A stretch of DNA of 64,000 bases from an uncultured Spirochaetaceae bacterium (GCA_944389505.1 CALXMP010000010.1:4267-68266); one strand, 5' to 3'. Counted from the first letter of the stretch, positions 47,620 through 57,682 are shown. Made by a program: numbers and translations. The notes: a model not told the origin generated them from the letters alone.

Positions 47620-48978
47620 TTATCTTCCAAGATAGGAATATACAGCTTTATTGGCACACCGGTAGATCTCATCTTCATCGGCAAGAACCAGATGACCATC
47701 CTCTGCCACTATCCGGCCATTGATGATTGTAAAATCAACAGGCCTTGATAGACCGACAGTTGCGAGCATCGACCCAGGTCCGAATGCAGCTCCGGCAAGC
47801 TCGATACAGTCGGTTCTGACAGCGAAGAGATCTGCTCTCATACCTTCCTTAAGGTATCCGATATCCTTCCGTCCGAGGACCTTTGCGCCTCCTGCTGTCG
47901 CCATCTTCAGGATATCATAGCCAGATGGGGCATCATAGCTTGATACAAGCCTATGCAGGAGATAGCAGGCCCTCATCTCAGCCATCAGGTCAGAGCCATC
48001 ATTGCTTGCACTCCCATCGACACCAAGAGAGACATCTATACCGAGCTGAAGCATCTCAGGAATCCTGCACACTCCGGATCCGAGCTTCATATTGGAAACC
48101 GGGCAGTGCGCAATCCCGGTACCTGTCGATGCAATGACCTTGAGCTCCTCATCATTGAAATGGATGCCATGGGCATACCATACATCCGGCCCTGTCCAGC
48201 CAAGCTTCTCAAGGTACTCCAGAGGCCTCATGCCCTTGCTTTTCAGCACATAGTCATTCTCATCCTTCGTCTCTGCAAGATGGGTATGGAGTCTTACGCC
48301 AAGCTCTCTGGCAAGGATCGCCGACTCACGGAGAAGGTCCTCGGTGACGCTGAATGGAGAGCAAGGCGCGAGCGCTACCTGTACCATTGCCCCTTCCGAA
48401 GGATCATGAAAGCGCCTGACAGCTTCTTCCGAATCCCTGAGGATTGCATCGATCGGCTGGACAACGCTGTCAGGAGGAAGCCCTCCATCCTTGCGGCTGA
48501 GGTCCATCGATCCGCGTGATACATGGACTCTCATTCCAAGCGCCTCCGCAGCCTCTATCTCGGCTGAGAGCATATCGAGGGAGGAAGAGCCGGGGAAGAC
48601 ATAGTGATGGTCAAAGCTTGTCGTGCAACCATGCTTTATAAGCTCCCCCATCGCAGCCATCGCACTATAGCGCACAGTCTCAGGCGTAAGGCCTGCCCAT
48701 ATGCCGTAGAGTGCCGTAAGCCAGTCGAAGAGCTCCATGTTCTGCACTTCAGGAAGATTCCTCGAGAAGTACTGATAGTAATGGTGATGGGTATTTATGA
48801 GCCCTGGATAGATGAACATGTTCTGCCCATCGATCACTCTGGAAGCATCACCTCGGAACTCCCCTATCGATTCAATCCTGCCATCCTTTATCGCGATATC
48901 CGCATCATAGTAGATGGTATCGGAGGAATCGCAGCTGACAACCGCAGCCGCGTTCTTTATAAGAATATCCACACTCAT
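47620..48978 (-). CDS. Amidohydrolase of the deaminase/chlorohydrolase group (8-oxoguanine-deaminase/SsnA-like)
   Basis: PGLINTHHHYYQ metal motif, HLAET and a DGSASND-type C-terminal motif. Start overlaps the GH13 stop (ATGA). Confidence 0.85.
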   Translation of the reverse strand: MSVDILIKNAAAVVSCDSSDTIYYDADIAIKDGRIESIGEFRGDASRVIDGQNMFIYPGLINTHHHYYQYFSRNLPEVQNMELFDWLTALYGIWAGLTPETVRYSAMAAMGELIKHGCTTSFDHHYVFPGSSSLDMLSAEIEAAEALGMRVHVSRGSMDLSRKDGGLPPDSVVQPIDAILRDSEEAVRRFHDPSEGAMVQVALAPCSPFSVTEDLLRESAILARELGVRLHTHLAETKDENDYVLKSKGMRPLEYLEKLGWTGPDVWYAHGIHFNDEELKVIASTGTGIAHCPVSNMKLGSGVCRIPEMLQLGIDVSLGVDGSASNDGSDLMAEMRACYLLHRLVSSYDAPSGYDILKMATAGGAKVLGRKDIGYLKEGMRADLFAVRTDCIELAGAAFGPGSMLATVGLSRPVDFTIINGRIVAEDGHLVLADEDEIYRCANKAVYSYLGR

Positions 48979-50624
48979 TGCTTCACCTTCACGATAACTG
49001 CCTCATAGGGCTCGAGATCCATATCCGACGAGGCAGATGCCCTGCCGTAATTCGACATTATGACATCGCACGATGGCACATCGGCATGGCAGTGCCTCCT
49101 CGCATTAGAGAAGTTCGCGATAACCATATAGCTCTCATCTCCAAAAGTCCTTGAGAAGACAAAGAGATAGGGATCATCCTCGAGCTGGAATGAGAGATTG
49201 CCACGCCTTATGCACTCCGAATCACGTCTCAGATGGATCAGCTCCCTGTAGAAGGACAGTACGGAATCTGGATCATCAAGCTCCTTCTCCACATTCACAT
49301 CCTTATAGTCAGGATTGACGCCAAGCCATGGAGTGCCTTCCGAGAATCCGGCATTCCTCTCTGCAGACCACTGCATCGGAGTCCTGGCATTGTCACGGCT
49401 GACAGCTGCAGCTATATCCAGAGCCTCCGCCTCGCTCTTGCCGCTGAGGATCATCTCCCTGTAGACGTTCTTCGTATCGATATCATCATAGTCATCGATC
49501 GAATCGTACCGGATATCCGCCATGGCAAGCTCCTCGCCCTGGAAGACGAACGGGGTTCCCGGAAGCATGTGCATGATTGACGCAAGCATCTTCGCAGACT
49601 CTTTCCTATACTCCCTGTCATTGCCATAGAGCGATACCTGCCTTGGCTTATCGTGGTTGCTGAGGAACCTTGCCCACCACCCATCGGCTTTGAGCTCTGC
49701 ATACGTGTCTATGATGTTCTTCTTCATCGACAGAGGAGACCATGAGGAAATCTCGACAATCGGAGAGATGAACGGTATGCACATATCGAACTCATGCCTG
49801 GACTGGCTTGCATAGTCATGGTAGTCGGAGAGCTTCATGCAGTTCACTTCCCCGACAGACATGATCGATGCGGGCTCAAGGAGACTCTGCTTGATACAGC
49901 TTATGATCCTGTGCGTTCCCTCCCTGTTGCTGCACTCATTCATCGCAAGCGAATACCCGTCCGGCATCGGAGGCTCGGGGGAATCGGCAAAGCCTGGATA
50001 CTTCTCCATGTAGCTTATAGCATCAACACGGAAGCCATCGACGCCATTGTCTATCCACCACTTTATCATGCCGAAGACCTCATTCCTCAGCGCTTCGCAC
50101 TCCCAGTTCAGGTCTGGCTGCTCCTTCGCAAAGAGATGGAGATAGTACTGTCCCCTCTCCGGGCACCACTCCCAGGCGCTCCCGCCGAAGCAGGACGCCC
50201 AGTTGTTCGGCTCATGACCATCGACAGGATCCTTCCAGATATAGTAATCGCTGTACTCTCCGGTCCTCGAAGCCGATGATGCCTTGAACCATCTGTGCAT
50301 ATGCGAGGTATGGTTTATGACCAGATCCATGATCACAGCGATTCCCCGCTCATGGCAGCCATCGCGGAATGCGATGAAATCATCGAACGTACCGTACATC
50401 GGATCGATCGACTGGTAATCCGAGATATCATAGCCATTGTCATAGCACGGCGACTCATAGATTGGGGAAAGCCAGATAGCATTCACGCCGAGCGATGCTA
50501 TGTAATCAAGGCGGCTGATGATGCCTTTGAGATCACCAATGCCATCACCATTGGAATCCATGAAGCTTCTTGGATATATCTGATAGACCACAAGATCCTT
50601 GAACCAGTCCTTGCTTCTCTTCAT
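48975..50624 (-). CDS. GH13 alpha-glucosidase (oligo-1,6-glucosidase / sucrose-isomerase-like)
   Basis: VVYQIYPRSF, DLVINHTS, GFRVDAI, GEV and SNHD conserved GH13 regions. Confidence 0.93.
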   Translation of the reverse strand: MKRSKDWFKDLVVYQIYPRSFMDSNGDGIGDLKGIISRLDYIASLGVNAIWLSPIYESPCYDNGYDISDYQSIDPMYGTFDDFIAFRDGCHERGIAVIMDLVINHTSHMHRWFKASSASRTGEYSDYYIWKDPVDGHEPNNWASCFGGSAWEWCPERGQYYLHLFAKEQPDLNWECEALRNEVFGMIKWWIDNGVDGFRVDAISYMEKYPGFADSPEPPMPDGYSLAMNECSNREGTHRIISCIKQSLLEPASIMSVGEVNCMKLSDYHDYASQSRHEFDMCIPFISPIVEISSWSPLSMKKNIIDTYAELKADGWWARFLSNHDKPRQVSLYGNDREYRKESAKMLASIMHMLPGTPFVFQGEELAMADIRYDSIDDYDDIDTKNVYREMILSGKSEAEALDIAAAVSRDNARTPMQWSAERNAGFSEGTPWLGVNPDYKDVNVEKELDDPDSVLSFYRELIHLRRDSECIRRGNLSFQLEDDPYLFVFSRTFGDESYMVIANFSNARRHCHADVPSCDVIMSNYGRASASSDMDLEPYEAVIVKVKQ

Positions 50625-51115
50625 CGGACATCCTCCATGCTGGCCTTCACAGGCCCGCCTATGATCTCTCTCCAGTAGAGCTCCTCGTCCCGCACCTTAT
50701 ACATGAAGAAGTAGTGTCCGCTGCTCCTTACAGGATAGCAGCCGGAGTGCCAGACATGCTCATCAAGCACCAGGATATCCCCTGGATGTATCGCGATAAG
50801 CACCACATCCTCCGCATTGGGATGCTCCTCCATATCATGGATATCACGAGGAAGAGCAAGAGCAATCACGAAGTCTGTATTTCCCGGGATCACAACCTCC
50901 TTTGACAGTCTATGCTGCTCAAGCTTATCGATCGAGATCACGGGCGATGGATCTGCATCCTCGACCCCGAAGCGCATCTGGCCCATCGGAAGAGTGTATT
51001 CCTGTCCCCAGCACCTGCTGTGATCCGTGACCAATCCAGGTGCCTTATCGGGAACAGCAAGGTATCTGCCATAGGGAGAGAAATCGAAATCCCTTATATC
51101 AACAACCCTGCTCAT
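50621..51115 (-). CDS. Ureidoglycolate-lyase-family cupin-like protein
   Basis: FSPYG, LEQHRLSKEVVIPG and HVWH segments match the remembered family pattern. Translationally coupled on both sides. Confidence 0.55.
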   Translation of the reverse strand: MSRVVDIRDFDFSPYGRYLAVPDKAPGLVTDHSRCWGQEYTLPMGQMRFGVEDADPSPVISIDKLEQHRLSKEVVIPGNTDFVIALALPRDIHDMEEHPNAEDVVLIAIHPGDILVLDEHVWHSGCYPVRSSGHYFFMYKVRDEELYWREIIGGPVKASMEDVR

Positions 51116-53259
51116 CAATCCTCCTCATAGAAGAGACGCATTCCAAGCTCGTTATCAAGTTCCTGTGAGTGTCCCTTGATATGGTGCATCTCCTCGAATG
51201 CCTTTCTGTAGCTGTTCTCTGAGATAACCTCTCCATCCTCTCCGATGAATCTCAGCTTGATATCATACGAGCCATCTGCCTTGAAGACTGCCTTCCCGAT
51301 CTGGGTAAGGGAGTCCGGGGCGCAGGATGCATCGAATGAGGCCGAGTATATGGAGATGCCATTCTGCATCACGGAGCATACAACCTTTCCGGAGAGTTTC
51401 CTGAGAAGATCGTTTGCGATATATATGCCGAAGCCGTCATCTGTCTTCCTTGCCATGACAGCTACAGGCATTCCCGATTCAAGGACAGCCTCAAGGCCTC
51501 TCTTCGGATATCCATAGTAGTCATAGATGCCATAGAAGCTCTGCGGGCAGAGATCGATGAACATGAACTGGAAATAGCCAGCGCACGGTGAGTACTTCTG
51601 CATTCTGTAGTGCTCGATATAGTACTTTATCAGCTTGTACTGGTACTCATGGATCTCATCGATATTCTCCCATGCGGGCATGATTCTTCTGAATACACGC
51701 TTATCGCGGTAGAGGCTCTCAGGAGCTCCCGGAATATCCATACCAAATTCGGTATTTAGCTTCTCTTTTGTATTAGCTATAGCTGTATACTCCGTTCCTG
51801 TAGCAAGCGAACCGGTGTATGTGTGCGTATCGCCGCTCTCCGGGTCATCCTCCTCCCTCGATGCCTTGATATAAGGCCTGTCTGGATCCTTCTCCCTGAG
51901 AACATCAAGAAGCCGGCCGGAAAGGAGGAGAGCCTCATCGGAGATCTTCATATCCTCAGTTCCCGCAAGACCGCTGAATATCTTCCAGACATCAGGCTCA
52001 TTGAGCGCAATCCAGCAGATGATTGAAGGATGACTCTTGAGAAAGTCTATCATCGAGGAGAACACTTTAGCGCCATGAGCGAACCATTCCTCGGAAACCG
52101 GATGCTCCCAGTTGAAGTCGGAGTCCTGTATGACAAGGAGTCCAAGCTCATCGCAGACGGAATAAAAATCCTCCTTTTCGACATGCACATGGACGCGGAC
52201 AGCATTGAATCCAGCTTCCTTTATCAGACGGAGATCCCTGAGATAGCGGTCCCTGAACATCTCAGACATATAGACATCGGCGAAATAGGATGTGCCGCGC
52301 ATGAAGATACGCTCGCCATTGAGATAGAACTCTGTCCTCGTCTTGTCTCTTTCAAGCCTAATCGAGCGGAATCCGATACGCTTTGATGCAGCATCAAGCA
52401 CATTGCCTTTACCATCGACGAGCTCTGCGCGGATTGTATAGAGCGTAGGCTTGCCGCGCTCTGGGATGCTCCATATAGCCGGATTGTCAATCTCTGAGGA
52501 GACAGAGAATGAACCATTCTCAGGGACAGTCTCGCCCGAAGCGGCAGGGATCCCCATATCATCTGTAAGCGTCCATCTGACCTTCACTGGCTCTGAGCCC
52601 TGGATTGTCCTGCCGGAGATTGTGAAAGTTCCCTTTCCATCATCAGAGAGACTTGATACAGCATTGAAGCCATTTGCGATGATGCTCCTGCCGCTATGGA
52701 TGGTGACAGGTCCCATGATGCCGATTGGATTGACATCGCGCTGGATAAAGCCATCGGCATGCTCGTATGTACCCTTGACCATCTCCCTTATCACAGAGTA
52801 GCAGCGCATGCTCTCTGCACCCTCGAGGACCTGGCTGTCCCATGGAGCATGGACACGTACGGCAAGGTGGTTCTTCTCCCTGAGAAGCCCTGTGACATCG
52901 AATGAGAACGGATCGAAGTATCCTTCATGCTCTCCAAGGTACGTTCCATTGAGCCAGACCTTGGCATAGTAATCGACGGAGGAGAAGACAAGCTCCGCAG
53001 CATCATCAGGATTGCCATTGAATGTGAAATCGATCGCATACCACCATGGGGCCTGATTGAAGTACCTCAGCTCCCTTCCATAGTACGGATGATCCGAGAA
53101 GAGGACCTGAAGAGCAGCAAGCCTGTCGATGCTCTCCCAGTCAGAGAAGAGATGGGCGCATCTGTCCATGACCATTTTCCCATCCCAGAGATGGAGCTTC
53201 TCTCCGAGATCCGATACATCCTGTGTTACTTTCCATCCTGAAGAAAGATCAATAATCAT
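51115..53259 (-). CDS. Glycoside hydrolase family 2 (beta-mannosidase / exo-glucosaminidase-like)
   Basis: VWLNGTYLGEHEGYFDPFSFDVT sugar-binding domain. TIM barrel with NAVRVHVH and WIALNEPD (acid/base NE). Confidence 0.85.
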   Translation of the reverse strand: MIIDLSSGWKVTQDVSDLGEKLHLWDGKMVMDRCAHLFSDWESIDRLAALQVLFSDHPYYGRELRYFNQAPWWYAIDFTFNGNPDDAAELVFSSVDYYAKVWLNGTYLGEHEGYFDPFSFDVTGLLREKNHLAVRVHAPWDSQVLEGAESMRCYSVIREMVKGTYEHADGFIQRDVNPIGIMGPVTIHSGRSIIANGFNAVSSLSDDGKGTFTISGRTIQGSEPVKVRWTLTDDMGIPAASGETVPENGSFSVSSEIDNPAIWSIPERGKPTLYTIRAELVDGKGNVLDAASKRIGFRSIRLERDKTRTEFYLNGERIFMRGTSYFADVYMSEMFRDRYLRDLRLIKEAGFNAVRVHVHVEKEDFYSVCDELGLLVIQDSDFNWEHPVSEEWFAHGAKVFSSMIDFLKSHPSIICWIALNEPDVWKIFSGLAGTEDMKISDEALLLSGRLLDVLREKDPDRPYIKASREEDDPESGDTHTYTGSLATGTEYTAIANTKEKLNTEFGMDIPGAPESLYRDKRVFRRIMPAWENIDEIHEYQYKLIKYYIEHYRMQKYSPCAGYFQFMFIDLCPQSFYGIYDYYGYPKRGLEAVLESGMPVAVMARKTDDGFGIYIANDLLRKLSGKVVCSVMQNGISIYSASFDASCAPDSLTQIGKAVFKADGSYDIKLRFIGEDGEVISENSYRKAFEEMHHIKGHSQELDNELGMRLFYEED

Positions 53260-53263
53260 ATGT

Positions 53264-54085
53264 TCACCCCTTTAGTGCACCTTCGGACATTCCAGCCACG
53301 AAGTATTTCTGCAGCGCTATGAAGATTATCGAGAGAGGAAGGATTGCGATGAGAATACCAGCGGTCATCCTCTCATAGTTCTGTGCATACTGCTCTACGA
53401 ATCTCAGAAGACCCGCGTTTACAGGCAGCTTCGCATCATCCGTTGCGTATGTGATCGCAAGGACAAGATCGTTCCATACATTCATGAAGTTCATGACTAT
53501 CGACACGATGATTATCGGGGCCGAGAGCGGGAGGATGATCCTGAAGAAGATCATGTATGAAGGACAGCCATCGATCTTGGCAGCTTCCTCTATCTCGCGG
53601 CTGATGCCAAGGAAGTGGCCTCTTGTCAGGAAGAACGTGAACGAAATGTTCAGCGAGATATAGACGAGCACCATTCCAAGCCTTGTATTCAGCAGATCCG
53701 CGGCCTTCAGCGTCATATAGTTAGGCAGAAGCGTTATGTGCTGAGGCAGGAGCATTCCCAGCATCAGGTAGCCTATGATGAAGACAGAAGCCTTGAAGCT
53801 GAAGCGCGAGAGCGAGTATGCAGCCATCGTCGACAGCAGGATTATGAAAGGAAGCGATACAGCGACAAGGAACAGGCTGTTCCAGAAGTAGCTCTTGATC
53901 GTGTTCCATGCTATCACGAAGTTGCCAAGCGTCGGATTCTCCGGCCAGGCGAACATTCCATTCATATAGAACTCATTGGCAGGCTTCACTGCGACTATGA
54001 AGAGATAGAAGATCGGAAGCAGCCAGATGATTATATAGATGGAGGCAACGATATAGATGATTGTTCTCTTGATTTTATGGTTCAT
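53264..54085 (-). CDS. ABC sugar transporter permease (MalG-like)
   Basis: ATG at 54085 after GAGGAGG. EAA loop (EEAAKIDGCPSYMIFFRIILP). Six transmembrane segments. Confidence 0.9.
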   Translation of the reverse strand: MNHKIKRTIIYIVASIYIIIWLLPIFYLFIVAVKPANEFYMNGMFAWPENPTLGNFVIAWNTIKSYFWNSLFLVAVSLPFIILLSTMAAYSLSRFSFKASVFIIGYLMLGMLLPQHITLLPNYMTLKAADLLNTRLGMVLVYISLNISFTFFLTRGHFLGISREIEEAAKIDGCPSYMIFFRIILPLSAPIIIVSIVMNFMNVWNDLVLAITYATDDAKLPVNAGLLRFVEQYAQNYERMTAGILIAILPLSIIFIALQKYFVAGMSEGALKG

Positions 54086-54096
54086 TGCGTTCCTCC

Positions 54097-54972
54097 TCAG
54101 TTCTTCTGCATCCGCACTATCTTGTTGATGATCAGCGATCCGACAACGAGGATGATCGCCATGATGATCGACATAGCGCTTCCCGGGCCGTATTCGTAGT
54201 AGCGGAATATCGAATAGTAGGACCATGTAGCCATAACGTTCGTCATTCTTCCAGGTCCTCCGGCTGTCATTACATAGATCAGATCGAAAACCTTGAATGA
54301 GTTGATCAGTGTAAAAGTCAGGACAATGTTTATGGAGTTCTTCATCTGTGGAAGGATCACATAGAAAATGCGCTGCATCCTTGTCGCACCATCAAGGTAA
54401 GCTGCCTCGATTGTTCCTTCAGGCACGGATTTGATACCGCCCATGAAGAGTATCATACAGAGCCCGGAATAGGCCCATGAACCTGCAATAATAAGGTAGT
54501 AGATCGTATGCTCAGGATTGGCGAACCAATTGAATGAGACCCGGCCGCCTGTGACTATCCTGACAATCTCGGGAAGAAGTCCGAGATTAGGATCATAAAG
54601 CCATCTCCAGATGAGTCCTATCGTGCTTATAGAAAGAACGGACGGAAAGAAGATAGCGCTTCTATAGAAACCAAATCCTTTCATCTTTGAGTTGAATACG
54701 AAGGCCATGACAAGACCAAGCACAATCGGGATTATCTCAGACAGGATAGCCCATCTTACGTTATTGGCTATGGAAACCTTGAAAATCTCATCCTCGGTGA
54801 GGACTTCGACATAATTATCAAGCCCAATGAATTCCCTGACACCGCTCAGGCCATCCCAGTTATGAAGCGAGATGAAGAACGAATAAACGGTCGGGAATAT
54901 CATGAAAATGGTGTAAAGCGCCAAAGGCGCAATCAGGAACACGTATGGTGTCCAGTCTGTTTTTCTGCGCAT
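54097..54972 (-). CDS. ABC sugar transporter permease (MalF-like)
   Basis: EAA loop (IEAAYLDGATRMQRIFYVILP). ATG at 54972. Confidence 0.9.
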   Translation of the reverse strand: MRRKTDWTPYVFLIAPLALYTIFMIFPTVYSFFISLHNWDGLSGVREFIGLDNYVEVLTEDEIFKVSIANNVRWAILSEIIPIVLGLVMAFVFNSKMKGFGFYRSAIFFPSVLSISTIGLIWRWLYDPNLGLLPEIVRIVTGGRVSFNWFANPEHTIYYLIIAGSWAYSGLCMILFMGGIKSVPEGTIEAAYLDGATRMQRIFYVILPQMKNSINIVLTFTLINSFKVFDLIYVMTAGGPGRMTNVMATWSYYSIFRYYEYGPGSAMSIIMAIILVVGSLIINKIVRMQKN

Positions 54973-55024
54973 AATGATATCCAATGAGCAGGCCGGAGGC
55001 TTCCGGCCTGCATGTCAGAGCGAA

Positions 55025-56317
55025 TCAGAATCTGTAGAAACCGATCTCCGCGGCAAGCTCATCAAGCTGTGCAGCACCCTCTTCCGGTGTCATGAGGTTC
55101 ATGATTACCTGGTCGAGAACCTCAAACAGCTCATCGGTCAGGCGAGGAGGCCAGCACATCTCATTGGATGGCATGTAGGAACCGTCCGGGTTGTTAACAT
55201 CAGCGATGAGTTCCTGGCGGAGAGGATCAAGCTTGGAAAGATCGAATACATCCGGGCGTGATCCGACAATCGATGTCTTCTCATCGAAAGCTGTCTGGAA
55301 TGCCCTATCAGATGCGAAAGCCTTGAGAAGATCCTCTACGAGATCCTTGTTAGGTGTATTCTCATTGATATATACGCCGTAGCAGAAGCTATTGGATCTC
55401 CATGGCGTCTGGTCGGTCGGGAATCTGAAGTATCCATAGAGCGAGATATCCTGTCCCTGTGTCTCGAGGGTATCAGCCTGCCATGATGCTGTATAGAAAT
55501 GGCATGCCTTTCCTGGATACCAGAGCATGTATACCTCGGACTCCTCTGCAGAGAGGTGGCCTTCCTGGAAGAATCTGGAGAGATCCTTCAGATCATAGAG
55601 AGATTCAATGACTTCAGGGCAATTGAGGGAAGTGTCTCCATTAAGGAGGGCATCATGAAGCTCTGGGCCGCAATTCTTCTCAAGAAAAGCATCGAACCAT
55701 CTGTTCGTGACGGCAGGAAGCTTTCCTGCATTTCCGATAGCTACGATGCCATTCTCCTGGAGGACTTCGCAGTTATGGATGAACTCCTCATATGTCTTAG
55801 GTACTTCAAGACCGAACTTCTCATAGAGATCCTTGCGGTAGTAGACACCCATTGCCGTGTGTTCGATAGGGAGGGCATATCGGTGATCGCCCCAGAGCTG
55901 CTGCTCCATATCCCAGGAAGCCTTGACCATCTGCTTATCCCAGCCGTTCTTCTCGATTATCGGCCTGAGGTCCATGAGCTTGCCGCTCTCGATGAATGGG
56001 TCCATAAGCGAACCTACGCTGTAACCGAAGGCATCAGGACCATCGTCGGAGCTGAATGCGATGGTAAGAGCATCGATCTGCTGCTCCGGTCTGCCCTTCG
56101 TTATGATCTGCAGCTCAACATCCGGATGCATCTCCTCGAAGACTTCCTTCACAGTCCTCAGGTATGCATTCGCATTGAGATCGGTCTTGAAGATCGAATC
56201 CCAGAAAGTGAATACGCGCTTTCCGCTATCCTGGGCCTCGGACTCACCTGAGCCACCTGCCGATACAGGAATAGCGATTGCCAGCAGCAGTGCAAGAATG
56301 ATACAGAGTTTCTTCAT
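55025..56317 (-). CDS. ABC transporter extracellular sugar-binding protein
   Basis: Signal peptide MKKLCIILALLLAIAIPVSAGGSG. Family-1 SBP length and composition. Confidence 0.9.
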   Translation of the reverse strand: MKKLCIILALLLAIAIPVSAGGSGESEAQDSGKRVFTFWDSIFKTDLNANAYLRTVKEVFEEMHPDVELQIITKGRPEQQIDALTIAFSSDDGPDAFGYSVGSLMDPFIESGKLMDLRPIIEKNGWDKQMVKASWDMEQQLWGDHRYALPIEHTAMGVYYRKDLYEKFGLEVPKTYEEFIHNCEVLQENGIVAIGNAGKLPAVTNRWFDAFLEKNCGPELHDALLNGDTSLNCPEVIESLYDLKDLSRFFQEGHLSAEESEVYMLWYPGKACHFYTASWQADTLETQGQDISLYGYFRFPTDQTPWRSNSFCYGVYINENTPNKDLVEDLLKAFASDRAFQTAFDEKTSIVGSRPDVFDLSKLDPLRQELIADVNNPDGSYMPSNEMCWPPRLTDELFEVLDQVIMNLMTPEEGAAQLDELAAEIGFYRF

Positions 56318-57312
56318 TTTACCCTCCTCCTTTCCCTAATCTCTATCTTATACGGGAGCATAACCTTCTGCTTCCGTGCGGGATCCTTGATTGTATCAAG
56401 CATCAGTCCCGCTGCAGTCTTTCCTACAGTCCTGTAGTCAAGATCCAGCGAGGATATGCCGAGATAGCTGTTTATCCAGCTGTCCTCTATAGCGAATATC
56501 TCGGTTCTGTCAACGTCCATATCACGCATTACAGAAAGAAGCGTGCGGACAATGGTCTCATCTGCGGCTATTATGACCTCGGGGATATGCCCGGAAGCCA
56601 CGATATCACTGAAAGCTGAGGCGATAAGCTCCTCGGTATTCAGCCCCTGCCTCACGATTGCTTTATCGGGATCGGCACCGGAAAGCGCAAGCGCCATCCT
56701 GAAGCCTTCCAGTAACTTGATATTGCCGGAGAATTCCTTATCCGCAGAGAAGAATGCGATATCCGAGAAACCACGCCCACGATAGTAGCCTATGACCTCG
56801 CGCATTATCTGCCGGCCATCGAACTCGACGATATTCTTCCCCTCTTCATTGCAGTATGGCCCGATCAGCACATACGGAAGTCCCCTATCCTCAAGAACGT
56901 GGATATTAGGATCATCGGGAATCGAATAGAGAAGCATTATGCCCTCTACCCTGTTCTTGTATATGAATCTGCGTATGGCATCATCCTCATTGCCCTTTCC
57001 GGAAGCTATGAGAAGGTCGTAATCCTCCCCTGCGAAGGACTCCCTCATTCCCATGAATATCTCACGGAAGAACTCATTGCGGAAGAATGATGTCATCTGG
57101 AATGGTGTTATGAATCCTATCGTCCTGGACTGGCTTGAGCGCAGCGCCCTTGCATTCTCGCTAGCAATGAAGTTCGTATCATCAAGCACTTTCTGGACTT
57201 TGATGCGGTTCTTCTCCGTCACTGTCGGATCATTATTGATGACTCGGGACACAGTTGTCTTGGATACTCCTGCCTGTGCCGCTATATCAATAATCGTCAG
57301 CATCTTCTTCAT
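56314..57312 (-). CDS. LacI-family transcriptional regulator
   Basis: MKKMLTIIDIAAQAGVSKTTVSRVINN HTH. Stop overlaps the SBP start. Confidence 0.9.
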   Translation of the reverse strand: MKKMLTIIDIAAQAGVSKTTVSRVINNDPTVTEKNRIKVQKVLDDTNFIASENARALRSSQSRTIGFITPFQMTSFFRNEFFREIFMGMRESFAGEDYDLLIASGKGNEDDAIRRFIYKNRVEGIMLLYSIPDDPNIHVLEDRGLPYVLIGPYCNEEGKNIVEFDGRQIMREVIGYYRGRGFSDIAFFSADKEFSGNIKLLEGFRMALALSGADPDKAIVRQGLNTEELIASAFSDIVASGHIPEVIIAADETIVRTLLSVMRDMDVDRTEIFAIEDSWINSYLGISSLDLDYRTVGKTAAGLMLDTIKDPARKQKVMLPYKIEIRERRRVK

Positions 57313-57371
57313 AGCCCACCATAGGAACGATATTTTATCTCTTTTTCTTGCAATAAAAGAATAAGTACCAA

Positions 57372-57393
57372 GAAAAAGGAACGTTCCTTTTTC
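57372..57393. promoter_or_regulatory. Perfect 22-bp palindrome, candidate LacI-type operator
   Basis: GAAAAAGGAACGTTCCTTTTTC with a central CG, 60-80 nt upstream of the lacI-family ATG at 57312. Confidence 0.6.
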
Positions 57394-57480
57394 AGGATAA
57401 CCTATAAACCGATATTTGCAAGACTAAACTTTAACTCAAAGTTAAAACATATGCACAGATTTTGCAACTGTTGGCGCAGT

Positions 57481-57504
57481 ATTGTTGCAGAATGGTGCAA
57501 CAAT
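57481..57504. promoter_or_regulatory. Inverted repeat ATTGTTGCA-n6-TGCAACAAT
   Basis: Perfect 9-bp arms in a 290-bp ORF-free spacer. Related TTGCAAC half-sites lie nearby. Confidence 0.3.
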
Positions 57505-57682
57505 GACTAATGAATAATTATGAGGCATGCATAAATGAACAGAGCCTTCTCCGCACAGGCTAAGAGAAGGCCCTCATCATTAATCTAGGAATCGAGGAAT
57601 ACTCCCGATCCTCATAGCAATGCACCACAATGCATTCCCATCAGTAACGGAAGGGCACTGGCCTAGGCCAGCACCCGCATAT

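Noticed and set aside
57451-57510. 19-aa Cys/Trp-rich mini-ORF (MHRFCNCWRSIVAEWCNND) overlapping the inverted repeats.
   Set aside because: There is no Shine-Dalgarno. The composition is dictated by the TTGCAAC/TGCAACAA repeats, so it is probably a by-product of the repeat structure.
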